Positions 53,900 through 61,554 of a DNA stretch of 64,000 nucleotides are shown here, piece after piece. Within the stretch, counting starts at the first letter, position 1; each line of letters begins with the position of its first letter. Source of the stretch: an uncultured Clostridia bacterium (GTDB lineage: Bacteria; Bacillota; Clostridia; Christensenellales; UBA1242); contig CALVNR010000008.1 in the NCBI GenBank assembly GCA_944349905.1, positions 2,424-66,423 of the forward strand, written 5' to 3'. Made by a program: the position numbers and the translations under genes. The notes beneath the pieces were generated by a model. It was not told the DNA's origin. It was given only the letters and a program-made list of their open reading frames with translations, and made no database searches.

Positions 53900-56512
53900 T
53901 TACCTCACTTCAAAGTATATCATAAAATCTTTTGATTTGCTCACTTTTACATCTAAATTTTTAGTTAATTCTTCACTTTTTGCCTTTAATTCACGATTGA
54001 TTTTTGATTTTGCTAAAAATTCATTGTCTTTTAATTCAAAAAGTTTTTCTGTAAGCTCATTTATTTGTTGGTTTTTAGCAAACTTATCTCCAAAGTTATC
54101 ACCAAATGAATTTTCTTTTAGATTATCTATTTCTTTTTGTAAAATCTTAATTTCTTTTTCAAGTTTGGCCTTTTTATCATTTGCAATCATATTTAAGTGA
54201 GAAATTGGCAATTTTACATTATCGTTGTATTTTATTTTAATTTCATCAACTATCTTTGGTATTTTTTCGTCTATTAAGTTTTCAAATTGATTTGATACAT
54301 TTATATCAATAGGCAATTCTCTATATTCTAAACTTTTCAAAAACAATATATTTTCACAATCTTCACTATTAATTATATTTCCATTTTCATCAATACCTAC
54401 TAGTATCTTTTCTTCAAATATTTGAAATCCAACATAGATTTGCAAATTATAATAAGCAATATATCCTTTTAATCCTTTATAATTTTCATTAGATTCCATA
54501 ATATAATGAGTTGGTTTTAAATTAGCAAAATGTGACAAATTAAATATCATATTTTGGCATGGTTCACTATTTAATGTAAAATGATGAATATATTCATCAC
54601 TATCAGTAAGTGTATAGACAAATGGTTTTGCAAACATATTCTTTTCGTGCCACTTTGTTTTTACTTCTAGTTCTGTTTCAGTTATAAAATTGTTTTTATA
54701 ATAATAATGTGCCAAGTCAAAAATTATTGTTTTTAATTCTTTAACCTTTTGTTTAATTATATCTGCCATATTTTTAGTTCGTTCGATTAGAGTTTTGTTA
54801 AAAGTATTAAATAACATTGTATTAGCATCATTTTTGACATTTTCTAGTTCTTCTTTAAATTGCTCACTTAAATCTGCAAAATCCATTTGAACTTCTTTCT
54901 TTTTTCTAACACCGGTAAGCGCGTCTATAATATTTTGTTCTATATCGCCATCAATTGCTCCAGAAATAATATTATCACTTGCCCCTACAATACTATTTGA
55001 AATATTAAAACGTTTATAAAAAAGTTCATACATTCTAACATCATAAAAATTGTTTGGGCAAATAAAGTTAACAACAAAAACATCACTTGCTTGACCAATT
55101 CTATGACATCTTGAAATTCTTTGTTCCATATCTAGTAAAACTTGTGGAAAATCATAGTTAACAACAAAACAAGATTTTTGCCAATTTAAGCTTTCATTAC
55201 CTTTATCTGTTGATATAAGTATGCTAGGTCTATCGCTTGATAGAAATTTCTTTATAGGTTCATCGTTTGTGGTTCCATTAAAATCACAAACATTATAATC
55301 AGTAAATTCCATTAAAAGCTTATGTATATGTTCTTGCGTCCCCGTATTACCCGTAAAAATAACACACTTTTTTTGCAAACCTTTTTTATAAAATATTGAA
55401 AAAGTCTTCTCTAATGCCTTTAACAACATATCATCTTTATTGTTTCTTTTAATTTCTGATGATAATTCTAGCATATCTTTTATTTCTCGACGCTCATTTT
55501 GATTTTCATCAGTAGCACATTTGTTTAATCTTGTATAAATTCCTGACAAAGTTTTACTTAAAGCATAAGCAGAAGAAGATAATGTGCCATACAACATCAA
55601 AGATAGTTCATAAGGGTCCATTTCTGGAAAAGCATATCTATGTGGTTTTGATATGTAATTCTCTATTTTTTTATACAATTCTTGCTCTAAATCTGTCATT
55701 TGATAGATTTGTGTTAATATTTGTCTTTCAGTTAATTTTGTTTCTAATTTAACCTCGTTTCTTAAAGTTCTAAATGTGTATGGTGCAATAATTTCTCTTA
55801 ATTCTGAATAGTTTTCAGGTTTTCTAAAATATCTTTTATGAAATTCATCATAATCGGTAAAAATATTTTCATCTATAAAATTTATTAGTCCAAATATATC
55901 ATCTTCATTCTTTTGTATTGGTGTCGCTGACAATAAGATTTTTTTAGCATTTGGGATAATTGAAATTATTGTTTCGGCAGTTTTATTCTCTTTGATTTTA
56001 TAACTTCTAAATCTATGGGCTTCATCTAAAATACATAGTTCCCAATCAATATTTTTAAATCTGTCACTATTTGATAATATATAATCATAAGTTGTTAAAA
56101 CAACTCCACCTTTAAATTTCTCTAAACTAATGAAATAATTTTCGGAAACAATTCTTTCCTCATTATCTAAAATATATGGTCTTATATCAAATTTCCTTAT
56201 TAAATCTATAAGCCAATCATTAACAGTTGGCGATGGCACTATTATCAAAACATTTCTATTTTGTCTTGTGTATTGAGAAACGATTAACAATGCCTCCATT
56301 GTTTTTCCAAGTCCAGCTTCATCAGCTAAAATAAATCCTTTTACAAAAGGATTTTCTAACGCAAAACAAGCAGCATATATTTGATGAGAAAAAATCTCAA
56401 TACCATTATTCAAATAAGTTGGTATCAAGTTTTCTTTTTTACCTAATTCATATTGTTTGCTTATCTTTTTAACAAGATAGTGAGCTTGCAAATCATTAGT
56501 TATTGTCATCAA
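53900..56512 (-). CDS. SNF2-family helicase with a C-terminal extension of about 350 aa
   Basis: 870 aa with motif I LADEAGLGKTMEAL, motif II ILDEAHRF, motif III LLSATPIQKN and motif VI QRISRCHRIGQ. The C-terminal half is an unassigned domain plus coiled coil. Confidence 0.85.
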   Translation of the reverse strand: MMTITNDLQAHYLVKKISKQYELGKKENLIPTYLNNGIEIFSHQIYAACFALENPFVKGFILADEAGLGKTMEALLIVSQYTRQNRNVLIIVPSPTVNDWLIDLIRKFDIRPYILDNEERIVSENYFISLEKFKGGVVLTTYDYILSNSDRFKNIDWELCILDEAHRFRSYKIKENKTAETIISIIPNAKKILLSATPIQKNEDDIFGLINFIDENIFTDYDEFHKRYFRKPENYSELREIIAPYTFRTLRNEVKLETKLTERQILTQIYQMTDLEQELYKKIENYISKPHRYAFPEMDPYELSLMLYGTLSSSAYALSKTLSGIYTRLNKCATDENQNERREIKDMLELSSEIKRNNKDDMLLKALEKTFSIFYKKGLQKKCVIFTGNTGTQEHIHKLLMEFTDYNVCDFNGTTNDEPIKKFLSSDRPSILISTDKGNESLNWQKSCFVVNYDFPQVLLDMEQRISRCHRIGQASDVFVVNFICPNNFYDVRMYELFYKRFNISNSIVGASDNIISGAIDGDIEQNIIDALTGVRKKKEVQMDFADLSEQFKEELENVKNDANTMLFNTFNKTLIERTKNMADIIKQKVKELKTIIFDLAHYYYKNNFITETELEVKTKWHEKNMFAKPFVYTLTDSDEYIHHFTLNSEPCQNMIFNLSHFANLKPTHYIMESNENYKGLKGYIAYYNLQIYVGFQIFEEKILVGIDENGNIINSEDCENILFLKSLEYRELPIDINVSNQFENLIDEKIPKIVDEIKIKYNDNVKLPISHLNMIANDKKAKLEKEIKILQKEIDNLKENSFGDNFGDKFAKNQQINELTEKLFELKDNEFLAKSKINRELKAKSEELTKNLDVKVSKSKDFMIYFEVR

Positions 56513-56540
56513 ATTTTCCTTTATGCCTAGAAATATGTTC

Positions 56541-56550
56541 TATTATAACA
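56541..56550 (-). promoter_or_regulatory. candidate extended -10 promoter (TGTTATAAT) of the SNF2/Type III operon
   Basis: The minus strand reads TGTTATAAT about 30 nt upstream of the SNF2 ATG. No good -35 element was seen. Confidence 0.3.
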
Positions 56551-56588
56551 TAAATTTTGATGATATATATTATAAAATAGAATATTTG

Positions 56589-56927
56589 TTAAAAATTAAT
56601 ATAAATTATATTTTTATTTAAAGACTTTGCATAATCTATTGTTTGTTTAGTTCCACCGGGTTTACCATCAAACAAAGCTATACAAAGAGAAGAATTGTTT
56701 ATCATGAATTTATTTCTTTCTTTCATGCAACCATCTTCATATTTGTCATAAATACATCTAATACAATCTAATTGTTTGATAATAGATTTATATCTTTGTT
56801 TATGTTCATTATTCCATTTTTCATCTTGATTCCTACAAGGTAATGCACCTATTAATCTTATGTTTTTATCGTTTTTCTTCAACTCTAAAACAATTTCAGC
56901 ACAAATCATATCAAATCCAAGAGCCAT
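56589..56927 (-). CDS. SLOG-fold DUF1273/YpsA-like protein, apparently truncated at the N-terminus
   Basis: 112 aa starting MALGFDMICAEIVLELKK...LIGALPCRNQDEKWN...FDGKPGGTKQTIDYAK. The in-frame upstream codons (KRGYDSFIAG-M) continue the family alignment but reach a stop after 17 codons with no ATG. A different frame holds ATG-MFYKKRPFAGLSKG. Confidence 0.55.
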   Translation of the reverse strand: MALGFDMICAEIVLELKKNDKNIRLIGALPCRNQDEKWNNEHKQRYKSIIKQLDCIRCIYDKYEDGCMKERNKFMINNSSLCIALFDGKPGGTKQTIDYAKSLNKNIIYINF

Positions 56928-56994
56928 TCCAGCAATAAAAGAATCATATCCCCTTTTGAAAGACCTGCAAATGGTCTTTTTTTATAAAACATAC

Positions 56995-58062
56995 TTAATC
57001 ATCTTCTTGGAAACTCTTTTTATATTCTTCGTAAGTGATACCTCTTTTCTTTAAGCTTTCCAAGAGTGCAACCATAAAAGGGCTTTCAAAATCAACTTTT
57101 TCTTCAATTTCACCTGTTTGAGAAACTTCCTCTTTTATTAATTTTGATAATTCAGATATTGTGATTTTCTTTATATCTTTTTTATTATCTTCTATGTTAT
57201 GGTCGCAAGACAAATCTCTCTCACCATACTCATTACCAATAACAAAGTATGAACAAACTGAAACTTTATTACCATAATTATAACCTGCATTAAAGATAGC
57301 TTCAATAAGTCTTAATCTTCCTTCCGTTGTTGTTTCTCTAATAGAATCCGACAAACAAATTAAAGGCCAATTATCTCTTTCTGGGTATTTTTCTGCAATT
57401 TTTTTCAATTTTTTTGCAAATTTTCGTGTTTTTTCGCCAATTTCTTCATTATTTTCTTTATTTTGTTTTATTGAAGAAACAATAAAGTTTTCTGTCCTAT
57501 CTTTAACATTAGGACATAATTCAATAATCTCAATAAGAGAAAATCCAAGTTTATTTAATATCTCCTTGAACTCTATCATTGTATTGTGGGCGTCAACTTC
57601 AGCGTCATGTTCACCCTCTTCGCCCTTTAATTCAAGTTCTTCCAAAATGTTTAATACTGATATTTCTTTTTTAGTATTCTTGTATTCTTTATAAAACAAT
57701 TTAACATCGTAAAAATCAAAATCAATACTTGGTAAATTATATCTTTTACAATCATCATTTAATGCCTTGGCGTCATTATTTAGCGAGTGCCCTAGAACAT
57801 AATCACAGCTTTCTATTATCTCCTTAATTTTAGGATAATATTTATTGAAAGTAAGTCTTTCTTCATACTCCTTTTTAGTTCTTGTAAGTATGTGTTTTAA
57901 TGCCCACCAATCCCATTCATCATTAGATATATATGGATTGATTATAAGATTATTCCTTTCTATTATTTCAAACTTTTCATTAGTGATAACATACCCGAAT
58001 TCACAAATTTTACAACCATTCATACAACTTGCATACTCTAAATCAAAAAATAAAATTTTCAT
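56995..58062 (-). CDS. DEDDh 3'-5' exonuclease (DnaQ-like) with a possibly BRCT-like C-terminal domain
   Basis: I moved the start to ATG 58062 (MKILFFDLEYAS). It has Exo I (FDLE), Exo II (HSLNNDAKAL) and Exo III (HDAEVDAHNT). The C-terminal region ICLSDSI...RLRLIEAIFNAGYNYGNKVSVCSYFVIGNEYGE is BRCT-like by eye. Confidence 0.75.
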   Translation of the reverse strand: MKILFFDLEYASCMNGCKICEFGYVITNEKFEIIERNNLIINPYISNDEWDWWALKHILTRTKKEYEERLTFNKYYPKIKEIIESCDYVLGHSLNNDAKALNDDCKRYNLPSIDFDFYDVKLFYKEYKNTKKEISVLNILEELELKGEEGEHDAEVDAHNTMIEFKEILNKLGFSLIEIIELCPNVKDRTENFIVSSIKQNKENNEEIGEKTRKFAKKLKKIAEKYPERDNWPLICLSDSIRETTTEGRLRLIEAIFNAGYNYGNKVSVCSYFVIGNEYGERDLSCDHNIEDNKKDIKKITISELSKLIKEEVSQTGEIEEKVDFESPFMVALLESLKKRGITYEEYKKSFQEDD

Positions 58063-58075
58063 TAGTATTTTCCCT

Positions 58076-58621
58076 CTATATTTTATCACCATTAAAGATA
58101 ATATCGTTTCCAACATTTATTTCTTCAATTAAATTCTTTTTGTTATAAAACCAATCTTTCTCATTTACATATCTGTCAGAAATATAATTGATATTTTGAT
58201 TTACTGAACCGACCAATGCTCTATTATTGTCAATTTTTTGCTCATCAAAATAACCATCAATGATGATATCACATTGATTTTTTAAATTATCATCAATTTC
58301 ATTTAATTGATATCCAGTAAAAAGAATTATACCTAATCCCAAACTTTTAACTTCTTCAAGTAGTTTAACTAAATCAATTTGTAAGAGTGGTTCTCCACCT
58401 GATAGTGTTACCCCCTCTATTTTGTTCTCTATTTTACTTTTTCTTATTATTTCAAGTAAATCTCCAAGAGAAATGATATTAGCTGGTTTTAAAGGTTGTA
58501 ATGTCTTATTACAACAACCTCTGCAATTTCTATTACAACCTTGAAACCATATACACAATCTTTTAAATGGACCTTCTACTTCTGTGCATGTATTTATAAG
58601 TGCAACATTAAACTTAATCAT
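58076..58621 (-). CDS. NrdG-like radical-SAM activase-type protein (4Fe-4S CxxxCxxC)
   Basis: 181 aa with EVEGPFKRLCIWFQGCNRNCRGCCNK (C-x3-C-x2-C) and the SAM-binding GVTLSGGEPLLQ. Its start overlaps the AAA+ gene stop by 8 nt. Confidence 0.75.
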   Translation of the reverse strand: MIKFNVALINTCTEVEGPFKRLCIWFQGCNRNCRGCCNKTLQPLKPANIISLGDLLEIIRKSKIENKIEGVTLSGGEPLLQIDLVKLLEEVKSLGLGIILFTGYQLNEIDDNLKNQCDIIIDGYFDEQKIDNNRALVGSVNQNINYISDRYVNEKDWFYNKKNLIEEINVGNDIIFNGDKI

Positions 58622-60440
58622 TAAAACTAAACTCTAATCCTTTGTCTGATGTTTTAACAAGCAATTTTGAACCTTTATATAGTCCTAAATCTTGTTTATT
58701 GTTAAACAAGAACATTGATAATTCATCAAGTAAAATATCATTAATTGCATTAAGAATATCTCTTCCGCCTTTTGATTTATCAACTCTCTTTAAAATATAT
58801 CTGATAAAATTAAGTTCACTTTCAAACTCTAAATCAAGTCTGTATTTTTCTTGAATTCCTTTCTTAATTGGATTTAATTTACTCTTTGCAATTTGGATAG
58901 CAAACTCATCATCAAGAATAAAATTAAATGGAATAATATTACTATAACCAATTCTTCCAAGAATTTCTGGTCTTTTTATTTCGTTATCAAAATAATTCTT
59001 AACAATCTTAATAAATTCTTCCGCTGTTTCTTCTTTATTATCAGACGGTTTAACTTCACTTGCACCAAGATTTGATGTAAAGATTATTATACTTTCGCTA
59101 AAATATACTGTTTCGCCTTTACTATCGGTTAATCTTCCATCTTCAAGTATTTGTAAGAAAATATCAAGTATTCTTGGATTTGGTTTAGCTGCTTTTTCAA
59201 TCTCATCAAATAAAATTACACTAAATGGTTTTTCTTTTATAGCATTTGTTAATTGTCCACCTTGCTCGTATCCAACATATCCCGGTGGAGCACCAATTAA
59301 TTTTTGGTCTGAATTCTCTTGTGCATACTCACTCATATCAAATCTAATACAAGCCTGCTCATCACCAAATAAGAATTTAGCAAGTGCTTTTGAAAGTTCT
59401 GTTTTACCAACACCAGTTGGTCCTACAAAGAAGAACACCCCTTTTGGCATGGACCTACTTGATGTCTTATGTAAACCTGTTAAACCCATATATGCTTTAA
59501 CAACTGTTTTCTCAATCTTTTCAATTGCTTCATCTTGTCCTACAACTCTTTCAGATAATTTCTTCTTGATGTTTTTAACATCTTCATAAGCAAGTTTTTC
59601 CCAAGGATTATCCTTTTCGCCATACTTGAATAATAAGTATAGTTTATCAAATGTTAACTTTTCTTCCTTTCTTGAAAGTTTTGCCATTTGTATTATTTCT
59701 CTATTGGTAAAATCTTCCAAAACATCAATATATTCATTTGTTCTACTGCTATTTAACAAAGTTTCGCCCGGATTGAATTTAAGTTCAAATCCTGCTTCAA
59801 TTTTTTCCAATAATCTACGTCTTTCCAATCTGTCTGGTTTAGACAATGTTATTGTTGAGACTTCTGGGTTTGCTTGATAAAAAGACAATGGGAAATTTGA
59901 CAACTTGTTTGTGATAAGTATAATTGTGCTTTCATTTACATCTGTTGATAGATAATTAACTTTTTTATCTTTAATTGATTTGCCCAACAATGTTAAATTT
60001 TGTCTTTCTTCATTATCGTGTTGACCACCATTTGAGAAAAGATAATCTGACCAATTTAATATAAATACTGTTTTTCTATTTTTATTTGTTAAGTTTTTAA
60101 AAACTAAATTAAAAATTTCACTTGGTTCTTTAAAGTTTCCATTTGATATAGTTGTATTTTGGTTTTCACCTTCATCATCAAGCGAGTATTCTTCACCTTC
60201 AACTTCTTTTTCTTCGGTTATTTTAAGACTACTTATATCACCCTCAATTCCATTTACTCTATCCCAATAAACAATATCGTCATACTTTAAATCTTCAAGC
60301 ATTTCTGTTAAATACTTTTTTAAGTCAACAATTTGATTTTTGTCATCAAGGTAAACATCACCGACATTGCCGTCAATGATAACGCACCTTTTAATACCGA
60401 CTTCTCTTTTTATTCTTTTAAAACCAATTTCTAATGCCAT
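58614..60440 (-). CDS. ClpA/ClpB-type AAA+ ATPase (single D2-like module) with a unique N-terminal region
   Basis: 608 aa with VVGQDEAIEKI, Walker A GPTGVGKTELSKALA, Walker B ILFDEIEKA and sensor TSNLG. The N-terminal region of about 290 aa is unassigned. Confidence 0.85.
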   Translation of the reverse strand: MALEIGFKRIKREVGIKRCVIIDGNVGDVYLDDKNQIVDLKKYLTEMLEDLKYDDIVYWDRVNGIEGDISSLKITEEKEVEGEEYSLDDEGENQNTTISNGNFKEPSEIFNLVFKNLTNKNRKTVFILNWSDYLFSNGGQHDNEERQNLTLLGKSIKDKKVNYLSTDVNESTIILITNKLSNFPLSFYQANPEVSTITLSKPDRLERRRLLEKIEAGFELKFNPGETLLNSSRTNEYIDVLEDFTNREIIQMAKLSRKEEKLTFDKLYLLFKYGEKDNPWEKLAYEDVKNIKKKLSERVVGQDEAIEKIEKTVVKAYMGLTGLHKTSSRSMPKGVFFFVGPTGVGKTELSKALAKFLFGDEQACIRFDMSEYAQENSDQKLIGAPPGYVGYEQGGQLTNAIKEKPFSVILFDEIEKAAKPNPRILDIFLQILEDGRLTDSKGETVYFSESIIIFTSNLGASEVKPSDNKEETAEEFIKIVKNYFDNEIKRPEILGRIGYSNIIPFNFILDDEFAIQIAKSKLNPIKKGIQEKYRLDLEFESELNFIRYILKRVDKSKGGRDILNAINDILLDELSMFLFNNKQDLGLYKGSKLLVKTSDKGLEFSFND

Positions 60441-60453
60441 ATAAGTTCACCTC

Positions 60454-61554
60454 CTATTTTTTATCTTTGTTTGTATTATATGTCTGATACTTCATTGTGG
60501 AAATTTTATCTGGATTACTCCATAATGTTTCTGATTTTGTAACTTTAATTCCATAAATTTTTTCTAAATCCTCTAAAAATGGATTTATATCTTTCTGACA
60601 AGCTTGGCCTTCATATCCATCAAATTTATATATAAATCTTCCATCAAGGAAAACTTGAAATTCTGCTGTTTGACCATTAACCTTTTGTGCTATTAAAACC
60701 ACTTGATTTTTATCTCGTTGTAATTTTATATTTTTCTTGTCAACAATAAAACCTCTTTGTTCAATTGATTTTATGATACATTTTAAAGCTTCTTTTCTTA
60801 CATGCTCATCAACAATTTCTTTATTGGTTTGTTCTTGAATTTTTTGTAATGAAGAACTATCAAACTTTTCTACCTTAACTATCTTATCAATCTCATTTTG
60901 TTCCAGATTGATATCTTTAAGTTGTTTTGTAATTTTTTCAATAATGTTTTCTTTATTATCACTAATAGTTTTATTGACTTCACTATCCAATATTATCTGT
61001 GCTTGTTTTACGATTTCATCAAAACTCTTACCAATATTGTTTTCTTTGATTAATTCTAAATAAACATAATCTTTTAGCACAATATCTTCAATCTTATTAA
61101 ATTGTTCATATAGTTCTTTACTAAAAGCGACTGTCCCACTGATTTGTTTTTGTAATAATTTATTTCTATCACTAACACTTGTTGCAAGAATTCTCTTTAA
61201 AAGTGTTTCATATTCGTATATCCTTTGAGAACTAAAGCTATTACATCTACTTAATAATAAATTCGCTTTATTAACGATTTCACGACTTGTATCTACTTCA
61301 CCATATACAACACCTTTTTGCTTTTGTTCCTCTGCTAATTGTTTTAGACTATTAATCTCTTTATTAAGATTATCTTTTTCTTTCAGTAGTTGTTCTCTTA
61401 ATTTTTTACTATCTTCATTTAACAACAATGATGAGTTATCTTCTATTTTTTTTAGGATAGTATCAATGTCAGACAATGTATTTTCAGCAGTTTTACAAAT
61501 GCTACAACACTGTATTGCTTGACCTTCAAAATCAATTCTTGCTTGATGGCTCAT
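60454..61554 (-). CDS. coiled-coil hypothetical protein with a C-terminal globular domain
   Basis: 366 aa. GAGG lies upstream of the ATG, and the gene overlaps the upstream gene by 23 nt. Long heptad regions are present. The C-terminal region is GFIVDKKNIKLQRDKNQVVLIAQKVNGQTAEFQVFLDGRFIYKFDGYEGQAC. Confidence 0.6.
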   Translation of the reverse strand: MSHQARIDFEGQAIQCCSICKTAENTLSDIDTILKKIEDNSSLLLNEDSKKLREQLLKEKDNLNKEINSLKQLAEEQKQKGVVYGEVDTSREIVNKANLLLSRCNSFSSQRIYEYETLLKRILATSVSDRNKLLQKQISGTVAFSKELYEQFNKIEDIVLKDYVYLELIKENNIGKSFDEIVKQAQIILDSEVNKTISDNKENIIEKITKQLKDINLEQNEIDKIVKVEKFDSSSLQKIQEQTNKEIVDEHVRKEALKCIIKSIEQRGFIVDKKNIKLQRDKNQVVLIAQKVNGQTAEFQVFLDGRFIYKFDGYEGQACQKDINPFLEDLEKIYGIKVTKSETLWSNPDKISTMKYQTYNTNKDKK

